Source: a bacterium (GTDB lineage: Bacteria; Actinomycetota; Acidimicrobiia; Spongiisociales; Spongiisociaceae). Taken from it: 64,000 nt of DNA. This document shows, one piece after another, positions 25,717-34,388 of the stretch. Under the pieces are notes generated by a model, which was given only the letters and a program-made list of their open reading frames with translations, searched no databases and was not told the origin of the DNA. The stretch spans positions 11,437 to 75,436 of the forward strand of contig JAPPGU010000033.1 in NCBI GenBank assembly GCA_028821265.1, written 5' to 3'. A program made the position numbers and the translations under genes. Position 1 is the first letter of the stretch, and every line of letters starts with the position of its first letter.

Positions 25717-26466
25717 ATGAGAGGTCGTAATCGAGTGCTGGCCACCGTCCTGGCCGCCGTGGTCGCCGTGGGGGCGTGCGGAGGCGGCTCGGACGAGCAG
25801 GCCACACCCGAACCCGCGGAGCCGGCCACCACTTCAGCGGCGACTACGGCCGCGACCACTGCTCCCAGCCCCACCATTTCAGAAGGTACGTCTGCCGAGT
25901 CCCCCACGACCACGGCCGCTGCGACTGCCGAGACGACCGTGGCAACGGAACCTGCCGCCACTCCGGAGACGACTGCGGTCACGGAAACTACCTCCGCTCC
26001 GGAACCCACCGCTGCTCCACAGACGACCGTGGCAACGGAACCCGCCTTCGTCCCCGAGGGCCCTCCTATCCCGGCGTTGACGCTGGAACTGGACGACGGG
26101 ACCACCTTCGTCACGACCGAAGCCACCCGGCCCGTCCTCTACCTGTTCTGGGCGGAGTGGTGACCGTCATGCCGACGGGAGTTACCCGTCGTCGACTCTG
26201 TGGCCGCCGAGTACGCCGGCCAGGTGGACGTGATCGCGGTCGCCTGGGCATCGACGTACGACAAGACGGCCTCCGCAGCCCGCGGATTCCTGAGCTCGGG
26301 GGCCACCCGCTGGTTGCTGGATGAGGACAATTCGATTTTCGCCGCCTTCGAGGTGACCTACCAGCCGGTCGGAGTGTTCGCGGTGAGTGGTGTCGAGGTC
26401 AACCGCTGGTTCGGTTCCATCCCCGAGCAGGAGTTCCGCCAAGCAATCACCGACGCCCTGGCGTAG
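25717..26466 (+). CDS. TlpA/ResA-like thioredoxin-fold lipoprotein. Either a candidate selenoprotein, with in-frame TGA 26161-26163 read as Sec (UxxC), or a nonsense-disrupted pseudogene
   Basis: Signal/lipobox-like MRGRNRVLATVLAAVVAVGAC, then a T/A/P/E-rich linker. Next comes PVLYLFWAEW-TGA-PSCRRELPVVDSVAAEYAGQVDVIAVAW...LLDEDNSIFAAFEVTYQPVGVFAV. Track ORFs 25675-26163 and 26200-26466 are in the same frame (525 nt apart), with no other stop between them. Confidence 0.6.
26173..26191 (+). promoter_or_regulatory. candidate bacterial SECIS hairpin downstream of the in-frame UGA
   Basis: cgacggg (26173-26179), loop aguua, cccgucg (26185-26191): a 7-bp perfect stem starting 10 nt after the UGA. 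The loop contains GU. Confidence 0.4.
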
Positions 26467-26664
26467 CCCCAATTATTCATCGATGGGGGTTTGTACGGGT
26501 ACGGAATGGGAGTTCCGTGTCTTCTGAACTGGGGTTATGGCCATTGGGACGCCCGATCTTCCGGCCGCTTTGGATCACCGCCGGGTGAAGGGTGGCCACT
26601 CGCGAATGATGCGGTCTAAGTGGCCTGATCCAGGTTGGTGTGCTGGGAACATGAATAATCAGGG
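26467..26664. repeat. intergenic ~200-bp segment bracketed by a 14-bp inverted repeat (12/14), with internal hairpins
   Basis: ccccaattattcat (26467-26480) against atgaataatcaggg (26651-26664); the core 9-mer attattcat/atgaataat is exact. Internal stems are acggaa/ttccgt and ggccact/agtggcc. It fills the whole gap between two convergent genes. Confidence 0.45.
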
Positions 26665-26668
26665 CTAG

Positions 26669-28010
26669 CTACAGGGCGGTGGCGATGGTGAGGGTGTAGG
26701 TGCCCGTTCCATCCCCGAAGCTGGTCACCTCGACGTAGTAGGTGCCTGTGCTCGGCGCCAACCAAATGAGCCGGGACGCTGTCGAGTCGCCATAGTCGTC
26801 GTTACCGTCCAGCCATGTGCCGTCGGCGTCGTATAGGTCGAGTACGGAGTCTTGGAGGGTTCCGAGGGTTAGGTCCAGGTCGTAGAACTCCCCCTCTGTG
26901 GCTTGGAAGGCGAAGTAGTCGCCGTCGCCCTCGTATTCCATCTCGCCCTCGACGGCCATGCCTAGCTCGACGGCCGTTGCGTTTGCTGTCGAATTCGGGT
27001 GGTCGTCTGTGATGTCCGAGATGGTGATGGTGAGGGTGTAGGTGCCGGTGCCGGTGTCGAAGCTGGTCACCTCGACGTAGTAGGTGCCTGTGCTCGGCGC
27101 CAACCAAATGAGCCGGGACGCTGTCGAGTCGCCATAGTCGTCGTTACCGTCCAGCCAGGTGCCGTCGGCGTCGAGTAGCTCAAGTACGGAGTCTTGGAGG
27201 GTTCCGAGGGTCACTTCTATGTCGTAGATTTCGCCCTCTGTGGCTTGGAAGGCGAAGGAGTCAGCGTCGCCTGAGTATTCCAGTTCTCCTTGGTTGGCCA
27301 CGTCGAGCTCGACGGATGTTGCGTTTGCTGTCGAATTCGGGTGGTCGTCTGTGATGTCTGAGACAGTGATGGTGAGGGTGTAGGTGCCGGTGTCGAAGCC
27401 GGTGACTTGGACGTAGTAGCTACCCGTGCTCGGTGCGTACCAGGTTATGTTGTCGTTGCCGGCCTGTCCGGTCAGCCAGTTGCCGTCGGCGTCGAATATG
27501 TCCAGTACCGAGTCCTGGAGGGTTCCGAGGGTTACGTCCAGTTCGTAGAACTCGCCCTCCGTGGCTTCGAAGGCGAAGAAGTCAATGTCGTCCTCGTATT
27601 CCAACTCGCCTCGGGCAGACACACCGAGCTCGACGGATGTTGCGTTTGCTGTCGAATTCGGGTGGTCGTCTGTGATGTCTGAGACAGTGATGGTGAGGGT
27701 GTAGGTGCCGGTGCCGGGTCCGAAGCTGGTGACTTCGACGTGGTAGGGGCCGGTGCCAGGTGCTTGCCAAATGAGCCGCGATGCTGTCGAGTCGCCGTAG
27801 TCGTCGTTACCGGCCAGCGGGTGGCCTTCGGCGTCGTATAGGTCGAGTACGGAGTCTTCGAGGGTTCCGAGCGCGACGTCCAGTTCGTAGTACTCGCCCT
27901 CTGTGGCTTCGAAGGTGAAGAAGTCACGATCGTCCGCGTACTCCAACTCGCCAGGGACAGACACGCCGATCTCAACCGGTGTCGCCTCCCCGAGCAACTC
28001 GTCCGAAGGG
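26669..28010. repeat. intragenic tandem DNA repeats (about 342-bp period) encoding the PPC domains
   Basis: A 97-nt run is perfectly identical between 26719-26815 and 27061-27157 (offset 342 nt). The segment gttgcgtttgctgtcgaattcgggtggtcgtctgtgatgtc recurs three times. Confidence 0.9.
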
Positions 28011-29053
28011 AGCGCGCCGGCCGCCGACCACGCTAGGTCCGGAACGCAGTCGAACAGGCCGGGGAGGAATTCAAAGAGCCCGAGGTCGTCGGCGGAGCCC
28101 GTGAGGAGGCTTGTCCAGTCGGTGTCGGTTACCCATTCGCGAAGGCAGGATGCTTCCTCCTCGCTGAGGTCTTCGAGGGTCATGCCGGTTTCCTCGAGCA
28201 TGGACGAGATGAACATGTCGGGGGCGCATTCGATCAGATCGGCGGCGAAGCCCATGAGATCGGAGGGGTCGTCGGCGGAGCCGGTGAGGAGGTTTGTCCA
28301 GTCGGTGTCGGTTATCCACTCGCGAAGGCAGGATGCTTCCTCCTCGCTGAGGTCTTCGAGGGTGAGGCCCGTTTCCTCGAGCATGAGTGAGACGATCAGG
28401 TCCCGATTGCAGGCCAAGAACGCGGTGGTGACATCCCCTGTCACCTCCGTGTCATCAATCGACAGGGCCAGCATGGTGGCAACCACGTCGAGCCCGGCCA
28501 CCCACTCGGCCAGGCAGGCTTCCGTGTCCGCGTCCAATTCGAATGCCTCGTCCTCTCCCAATCCCGCGACCATCGTGGAGAGGAATACGGCTTGGGCGGT
28601 CTCAGGAGCGAGGCACGAGAAAATCAAGATCACCCACGCCTCCGGTGTCTCTGCCTCCGACATGACCGGCAGGGCCAGCACCGACTCCAAGGTGTCGCCA
28701 TCGAACGTGTCGCGGACACACTCCTGCTCGGAAGTGGTGAGAGCGTCGAACACGTCTCCCCATTCGGTGTCCGTGTCCACCCGGAGATCGAAGTCGGAGG
28801 TGGCTTCGGTCGTATCGGGTGGGGCCGTTGTCGTCGTGCTTGGCGCGGTTGTCGTGCTGGCCGAAGTCGTTGTTGGAGTCGTAGTAGTGCTGCTTGGACT
28901 CGTTGTCGTGCTGCTTTCGGCTGTGGAGGTTGACTCCGGCGTCGAGTCGCCCCCGCAACCCGCCAGGGCGATGATGACGGCCAGAGCGCCCAATATCGGG
29001 ATCCAATGGACACGACGAGGCGTCACCGATGACTTCGAAAGACCGCTCGACAT
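26669..29053 (-). CDS. large lipoprotein: S/T-rich linker, four Cys-pair helical repeats, four pre-peptidase C-terminal (PPC)-like domains, no catalytic domain
   Basis: 794 aa. Lipobox IIALAGCGG and a poly-S/T linker. Repeats of type LEDLSEEEASCLREW(I/V)TDTDW..LLTGSADD......C(A/V)PD. Four C-terminal repeats GELEY..D.D.F.F.A.EGE.Y.LD..LGTL.DSVL.L.DA.G.W..GNDDYGDSTASRLIW.AP.TG.YYV.V.SF..GTGTYTLTI are typical of PPC (bacterial pre-peptidase C-terminal) domains. Confidence 0.8.
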   Translation of the reverse strand: MSSGLSKSSVTPRRVHWIPILGALAVIIALAGCGGDSTPESTSTAESSTTTSPSSTTTTPTTTSASTTTAPSTTTTAPPDTTEATSDFDLRVDTDTEWGDVFDALTTSEQECVRDTFDGDTLESVLALPVMSEAETPEAWVILIFSCLAPETAQAVFLSTMVAGLGEDEAFELDADTEACLAEWVAGLDVVATMLALSIDDTEVTGDVTTAFLACNRDLIVSLMLEETGLTLEDLSEEEASCLREWITDTDWTNLLTGSADDPSDLMGFAADLIECAPDMFISSMLEETGMTLEDLSEEEASCLREWVTDTDWTSLLTGSADDLGLFEFLPGLFDCVPDLAWSAAGALPSDELLGEATPVEIGVSVPGELEYADDRDFFTFEATEGEYYELDVALGTLEDSVLDLYDAEGHPLAGNDDYGDSTASRLIWQAPGTGPYHVEVTSFGPGTGTYTLTITVSDITDDHPNSTANATSVELGVSARGELEYEDDIDFFAFEATEGEFYELDVTLGTLQDSVLDIFDADGNWLTGQAGNDNITWYAPSTGSYYVQVTGFDTGTYTLTITVSDITDDHPNSTANATSVELDVANQGELEYSGDADSFAFQATEGEIYDIEVTLGTLQDSVLELLDADGTWLDGNDDYGDSTASRLIWLAPSTGTYYVEVTSFDTGTGTYTLTITISDITDDHPNSTANATAVELGMAVEGEMEYEGDGDYFAFQATEGEFYDLDLTLGTLQDSVLDLYDADGTWLDGNDDYGDSTASRLIWLAPSTGTYYVEVTSFGDGTGTYTLTIATAL

Positions 29054-29200
29054 TCTCGTCTCCTAAGTCTGGCTCGACAGGACACAGGTTAAGTCCCGGG
29101 AGCGTGGTAGTGATGCACGGGTCTGTAGCGGCGTCCGGCGGCTCTATGGCCTTCGTGTCGAACCGGTCGAGACACCGGGACACGATGCCGCGGAGCCGGT

Positions 29201-30430
29201 TTACGGTCGAGCTAGGGCGAACCTGAGCGAGTTGAAGCCGCGCAGGACGAAACGTGGCGGTCGCACCGGTTGCTCGACCAACTCCAGCTCGGGGCACCGG
29301 GTTGCGAGCCGGTGGAGCGCTACGTCCACCTCGAGGCGGGCCAGGGGCGCGCCCAGGCAATGATGGATTCCCCCGCCGAAGCTGACATGGGTCGGGTCGC
29401 CCCTTCCGATCCGGAAGGAGTTCGGGTCATCGAAGTGGCGGGGGTCGCGGTTGGCACATCCGAGAAGCACGGTCACCTGTTCGTACTGCCCGATCGTCTG
29501 CCCGCCGACCTCGTAGCTATCGGCGACCACCCATCGGTCGAAGGTCTGGATGGGCGCGTCCCAGCGGAACAGTTCCTCGGCGGCGGTCGCCGGGTCGACT
29601 TCGCCGCCGGTGAGGAGACCCCACTGGTCCGGATGCTGCATCAGTGCCAGCATTCCGTTGGCGAGCGTGTTGACCGAGGCCTCGTGGCCGGCGTTCAGCA
29701 GGGTGATGATCATCGACACGATCTGGGTGTCGGTCAGCGTTCCGTCCTCGGTCCTGGCGAAGCACAGGGCGGTGATCATGTCGTCGCGGGGCCGAGCACG
29801 CCGGCGGTCCATCAGCTCCCTGCAGTACTCGGCGAACTCCACGGAGGCCGTCACCGCGGCGCGGGTGTCCGCGTCGGTGATGTTGTACTCGTACATCCGG
29901 GTGATCCGGCTCGACCAGTCGAGCATCCGGCACCAATCCTCGGTCGGGGCACCCAGCAACTCGGCGATCACCTGGACGGACAGGGGTGCCGCGTAGTCGT
30001 TGACCAGATCGAAGCGGCCTCGCTCGACGACCGGGTCGAGCAGGCGGTCGGCAAGTTCGCCGATGCGCGGTCGCAGGCCGGCTAGCCGCCGCATCGTGAA
30101 GGCGGTTGAGACCAGGCGGCGGATCTTGGTGTGGTTGGGTGGTTCCAACCACACCAGAGCCCAATGTTCCACGTCGTAGTAGGGCTCGAGCCCGTCGCGG
30201 AGCGGGGGGAGTCCCCAGGCCTCCCGGTCCACGGTGGGCTGGTCGATCCGACCGAGTCGGCGGTCGCGCAACGCCCGACGGACATCGTCGTGGCGGGTCA
30301 GGAACCAGATCGGTCGCTCACCGGCGCGGCCCGGACCGCGGAAGACGGGTGTCTCCTCGCGGATCCGGTCGAACGCCGGATAGGGGTCGCGCAGGAACTC
30401 GGGATCGTAGGCGTCGAGGACGAACGTCAT
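29201..30430 (-). CDS. cytochrome P450
   Basis: 409 aa. Heme-thiolate loop FGGGIHHCLGAPLA, I-helix LLNAGHEAS (A/G-G-x-E/D-T/S) and an EELFR (ExxR) motif. Confidence 0.92.
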   Translation of the reverse strand: MTFVLDAYDPEFLRDPYPAFDRIREETPVFRGPGRAGERPIWFLTRHDDVRRALRDRRLGRIDQPTVDREAWGLPPLRDGLEPYYDVEHWALVWLEPPNHTKIRRLVSTAFTMRRLAGLRPRIGELADRLLDPVVERGRFDLVNDYAAPLSVQVIAELLGAPTEDWCRMLDWSSRITRMYEYNITDADTRAAVTASVEFAEYCRELMDRRRARPRDDMITALCFARTEDGTLTDTQIVSMIITLLNAGHEASVNTLANGMLALMQHPDQWGLLTGGEVDPATAAEELFRWDAPIQTFDRWVVADSYEVGGQTIGQYEQVTVLLGCANRDPRHFDDPNSFRIGRGDPTHVSFGGGIHHCLGAPLARLEVDVALHRLATRCPELELVEQPVRPPRFVLRGFNSLRFALARP

Positions 30431-30489
30431 TGACGAACCGTAACAAACGCGTTCCTACGACGGGGTGAAGGCTTGGCGGGGAAGGCGGC

Positions 30490-31932
30490 TCAGTCGACGA
30501 GTGGCCAGGAGGCATAGGTGGAAGCGCCTACGCGCGTTTCGAACTCGGCCGCCGCCTCGTCGATCCTGCGGTAGGCCTCCTCGCTGTCGAAGCGGGTAAA
30601 GGCGCCTCGGTCGAGGACGGCCTCCCCGTCGACGAAGACCGTGTCCACGGTGCTGGACGCCCGGAAGTAGACGAGATTGTCCACAGGATCACGGAACCGA
30701 GGGTGTGCCTCCGGTCTGTCCAGCCGGTGCACCACCAGGTCGGCGCGCTTGCCCACCTCGATCGATCCGATCTCGTCCTCGAGACCCAGCGCCCTGGCGC
30801 CATGGAGCGTGGCCATCTCAAGGACGGTCTCGCCGGTGAGGACCGGCAGTTCGCCCCGGAATTCACGGAACCCCACCGCTGCAAGGTAGGCCTGGCGCAG
30901 CACGTCCCGGCGCCCGCTGTAGCCATCGGAGCCGAGAGCCACCGGCACTCCCTTGGCCAGCATCTCCGGGAACGCGCCGACCCGGATGGCGCCCATGCCC
31001 CGTCTGAGAGATGCGGCCGGGCAGTGCACCACCCGGGTACCGGAGTGGGCGACCAGGTCCACCTCCCGCTCTGACAGATGGTTCATGTGCACCAGGGTCA
31101 GGTTCTCGTCCAGCACGCCGATGTCCGCCAGGTGCTCGATGGGGCGGCATCCGTACAAGGCCTCGGAGATGGTCACTTCCTCGGGGTCCCACGATTGGTG
31201 CATGATCATCGGGGCTCCGTGCTGGCGGGCCAGGGCCTGGGCCTGGACCAGCAACTCGTCGGAGCACCGCATGCAGCCGTACATGGTGGCTGCGCCACGC
31301 ACCCGGCCGCCGTTGCGGAACGGGTAGCGGGTCATCTGTTCCTCTAGCCGTTGCACGCACTCCCGCGTCGGAGTGCGCAGTGTCTCAGCCTCCTCGTCGG
31401 ACATCGCCCCCGCGGAAGTGTCGCGACCGGGTACCTGCGGCCTGAAGTCGAGCATCGCGTATCCCGGCAATCCCCTCATCCCGACCATCTCGATCGCCCG
31501 TACCGTTTCCTCCAGGAAGAACGAGCCGCCGGTGTCGCTGTAGGCCGTGGTGCCGTTGGTCACCATCTCCATGCACGAGAGCAGGGCGCCCAGATGGTCG
31601 GTCTCGGGACTGCGGCAACTGAACAGCCAGTCGTCCACCGCCCCGTAGTCGGCGTGGTCCTTGGGCGCCATGCCACGGCTGAGTTCAGAGCTGCCGGCAT
31701 GGACGTGCGCGTCGACCAAGCCCGGATGCACCAGTGCTCCCCCGAGGTCGCGGATGGCTGCGGCAGTCGTCATCGGAGCAACTTCACGATCGGGCCCCAC
31801 CCTCGCTATTCGCCCGTCGTGGATGACGATCGCTCCGTCGACCAGGATCCGCCGGTATGGATCCATGGTGATGACACGACCATGGCGGAGAAGCAGGTCA
31901 ACCGTTCCGTCATTGCTATTCCCGCGATTCAA
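30490..31932 (-). CDS. amidohydrolase-superfamily protein (SsnA/TrzA/aminohydrolase-like)
   Basis: 480 aa. HPGLVDAHVHAG (HxH metal site), later HMNH and GSDG motifs. The layout is typical of chlorohydrolase/deaminase-type amidohydrolases. TTG start. Confidence 0.8.
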   Translation of the reverse strand: MNRGNSNDGTVDLLLRHGRVITMDPYRRILVDGAIVIHDGRIARVGPDREVAPMTTAAAIRDLGGALVHPGLVDAHVHAGSSELSRGMAPKDHADYGAVDDWLFSCRSPETDHLGALLSCMEMVTNGTTAYSDTGGSFFLEETVRAIEMVGMRGLPGYAMLDFRPQVPGRDTSAGAMSDEEAETLRTPTRECVQRLEEQMTRYPFRNGGRVRGAATMYGCMRCSDELLVQAQALARQHGAPMIMHQSWDPEEVTISEALYGCRPIEHLADIGVLDENLTLVHMNHLSEREVDLVAHSGTRVVHCPAASLRRGMGAIRVGAFPEMLAKGVPVALGSDGYSGRRDVLRQAYLAAVGFREFRGELPVLTGETVLEMATLHGARALGLEDEIGSIEVGKRADLVVHRLDRPEAHPRFRDPVDNLVYFRASSTVDTVFVDGEAVLDRGAFTRFDSEEAYRRIDEAAAEFETRVGASTYASWPLVD

Positions 31933-32039
31933 GTGTCCACCTCCAGGATCCCGGCCCGCGGCTCCGCTCTCAGGCCTGCCACGTGCTCATCGGCCCGTTA
32001 GAGTTCCACTCGGCTCGCGATGGCCGACTGGAGGGTTCG

Positions 32040-32981
32040 ATGAACGATGCCGGAACGGTCATGACGGTACTTGGGCCGGTGCCGGCGAACGAACTCGGGT
32101 TCACCCTTCCCCACGAGCATATCTACTGCACCCTGCGCCATGCCGACTACCGCTACGACGTGGCCGATCAGTTCGTGGACGAGGAGGTGATGGCGGACGA
32201 GGTCGGGGCCTTCGCCGACCTGGGGGGCGAGACCATCTTCGACCTGAGCGTTCCCGACAACGGCCGGTCCCCGGAGCGGTTGCGAACGTTGTCGGAGCGG
32301 ACAGGTGTGCACTTCGTCATGGGCTGCGGCTGGTATCGCGGCAACTACTACCTGCCCGAGGAACGGATCGACCGGCGGCCGGCCGGTGACCTCGCGGACG
32401 AACTGATCCGGGAGATAACCGACGGGGTGGGCGACACGGGGATCCGCCCCGGCGTGATCGGTGAGATCGGGTCCGAGAAGGACTGGGTGTCACCCGCCGA
32501 GGAAAGGGTGTTGCGGGCCGCCGCCCGGGCCCACAAGGCCACCGGTCTGGCCATCGGCGCGCTCCACGCCATCGGACCGGTCGCCCCCGAGCAGCTCACC
32601 ATCCTCGAGGAGGAGGACGTGGACCTGACCCGGGTGGCGGTCGCCCACTGCGACGCCTACCCGCACCTCCGTTACCTGCTCGGACTCATGGAGAGGGGTG
32701 TGTACATCATGTTCGACAACTGTGGCCAGTTCAGGGGACTGGGTCAGTTCGAGAACCGGATCCTCGCCCTGATCGTGGAACTCGTGGACCGCGGCCTGGA
32801 GGACCGGCTGATGTTGTCCCACGACGTCTGCAAGCTCGGACAGTTGCGGATACACGGTGGCACCGGGTTTACCTACCTGTTCGAGACGTTCCTGCCGGCC
32901 CTCTCGGCCAAGGGCATACCGGACGAGACGATCAGGACCATCACCCATGACAACCCCCGGCGCTGGTTGACAGGGGTATGA
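32040..32981 (+). CDS. phosphotriesterase-family (PTE/PHP-like) metal-dependent hydrolase, copy 1
   Basis: From MNDAGTVMTVLGPV: LPHEHI (HxH), GVIGEIGSEK (Glu at the bridging-ligand position as in PHP), VAVAHCD and MLSHDV. Confidence 0.85.
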   Translation: MNDAGTVMTVLGPVPANELGFTLPHEHIYCTLRHADYRYDVADQFVDEEVMADEVGAFADLGGETIFDLSVPDNGRSPERLRTLSERTGVHFVMGCGWYRGNYYLPEERIDRRPAGDLADELIREITDGVGDTGIRPGVIGEIGSEKDWVSPAEERVLRAAARAHKATGLAIGALHAIGPVAPEQLTILEEEDVDLTRVAVAHCDAYPHLRYLLGLMERGVYIMFDNCGQFRGLGQFENRILALIVELVDRGLEDRLMLSHDVCKLGQLRIHGGTGFTYLFETFLPALSAKGIPDETIRTITHDNPRRWLTGV

Positions 32982-34279
32982 GCGCCGGCGAGCGCCTCCT
33001 GGGCTGGTATCAAGGCGTAGTCGACGAGTACCGCCGGCTCACGCCCCGGTCGGCGGCCCTGTTCGTCCGGGGCGGAGGGGTCCTCCCCGGCGGCGATACC
33101 CGCTACTCGATCACCACCCGCCCGCATCCTCCCTACTTCGACCGCGGGGAGGGTCCCCACATATGGGACGTCGACGGGAATCGCCGCCTCGACCTGAACA
33201 ACAACTCCACAGCGCTGGTCCACGGCCACGCCCATCCGGAGATCGTGGCGGCGGTCCGCTCCCAGGCCCGGTCGGGGACCGCCTGGGGTGGGCACAACCC
33301 GATCGAGGTCGATTGGGCGCAGTTGATCTGTGAACGGGTTCCCTCGATCGAGCGGGTGCGCTTCGCCAACTCGGGCACCGAGGCCAACATGCACATGCTG
33401 AAGGTGGCGCGGGCCTTCACCGGCCGGGATCTCGTCCTCAAGCTGGACGGCGCGTACCACGGTACCTACGACGCTTTCGAGTTCGCAGCCACACAGGACG
33501 GCCGCCTAGCGCCCAGCACCGGGGGAGTGCCCGCCAACCTGTCGGAGAACATCGTCCTGGGCGCCTGGGGCGATACGGATGGTGTCACCGCTCTGATACG
33601 GGAGAACGCCGACCGCCTGGCCGCGGTGATCCTCACCCCCTTCCGCTCGGCCGGCGGGTTCGCTCATCCTCCCGAGGGCTTCCTGGAGACGTTGAGGGCG
33701 GTGACGGCGGACGAGGGAGTGCTCCTCCTGTTCGACGAGGTCATCTCCCTCCGCCTCGCGATGGGGGGCGCGCAGGACCGCTACGGAGTGGTGCCCGACA
33801 TGACCGCCCTCGGCAAGCTGATCGGGGGCGGCCTCCCGGTGGGCGCCTTCGGGGGGAGGGCCGACATCATGGCGGTGACCGACCCCTTGGGTGACATGAA
33901 GGTGGCCCTGGCAGGTACCTTCAACGCCAACCCGATGACCGCCGCGGCTGGCGTCGCCGGCCTGCGCCTGCTGACGCCTGAGGTCCACGAACGGATCGAC
34001 CACCTCGGCCGTGGGCTGCGGGAGGGGTTGTCCGCAGCGGTGGCCGAACGCGAGCTGCCGCTCCGGGTGGAGGGTGGCGGTTCCCTGCTCACCCTGGCCT
34101 GCGATCCGGAGGTGACGCGGCCGGACGTGCTGATGACCGGCCTCAGCCTGGCCTTCGGCAACCGGGGTGTCTTCGGCTTCCCGTTCGTGTCCACCTCCTC
34201 GGTGATGGAGGAAGAGCACGTGGAAGACGTCTTGAAGTCGGCCGCTGCCGTCTTCGACCAGGTGGCAGAGGCTCTCTAG
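32978..34279 (+). CDS. class III PLP aminotransferase-fold protein, glutamate-1-semialdehyde 2,1-aminomutase-like
   Basis: 433 aa. NSGTEANMHMLKVARAFTGR, LLFDEVISLRLAMGGAQ and TALGKLIGGGLPVGAFGG (PLP Lys). The start overlaps the stop of PTE copy 1. Confidence 0.85.
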   Translation: MSAGERLLGWYQGVVDEYRRLTPRSAALFVRGGGVLPGGDTRYSITTRPHPPYFDRGEGPHIWDVDGNRRLDLNNNSTALVHGHAHPEIVAAVRSQARSGTAWGGHNPIEVDWAQLICERVPSIERVRFANSGTEANMHMLKVARAFTGRDLVLKLDGAYHGTYDAFEFAATQDGRLAPSTGGVPANLSENIVLGAWGDTDGVTALIRENADRLAAVILTPFRSAGGFAHPPEGFLETLRAVTADEGVLLLFDEVISLRLAMGGAQDRYGVVPDMTALGKLIGGGLPVGAFGGRADIMAVTDPLGDMKVALAGTFNANPMTAAAGVAGLRLLTPEVHERIDHLGRGLREGLSAAVAERELPLRVEGGGSLLTLACDPEVTRPDVLMTGLSLAFGNRGVFGFPFVSTSSVMEEEHVEDVLKSAAAVFDQVAEAL

Positions 34280-34388
34280 GTCGGAGCCCGGTAGCACGCA
34301 CACGATGCCCGATTCCGGGCTCGGCATGCACCCGGATCGAACCAAGTCAGCCCCAAGCGCTGTGCTGCATGCTCCGTGCCTGTCCGGT

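Noticed and set aside
26467-26668. tRNA-Sec (selC) next to the candidate selenoprotein gene.
   Set aside because: A TCA triplet sits in a 7-nt loop-like context on the minus strand, but the flanks are not complementary. There is no GTTCRA T-loop and no long variable arm.
26669-29053. Calling the PPC-repeat proteins secreted peptidases or collagenases.
   Set aside because: No HExxH, Ser/His/Asp or other catalytic motif is visible. Only the accessory PPC domains are present.
34321-34385. tRNA gene on the minus strand, suggested by GGTTCGATCC (T-loop-like) and an acceptor-like gcatgca/tgcatgc pairing.
   Set aside because: The candidate is only about 49 nt between the acceptor-like strands. The T-stem needs two G-U pairs and there are no D or anticodon arms. 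At most it is a tRNA-derived remnant or a simple hairpin.
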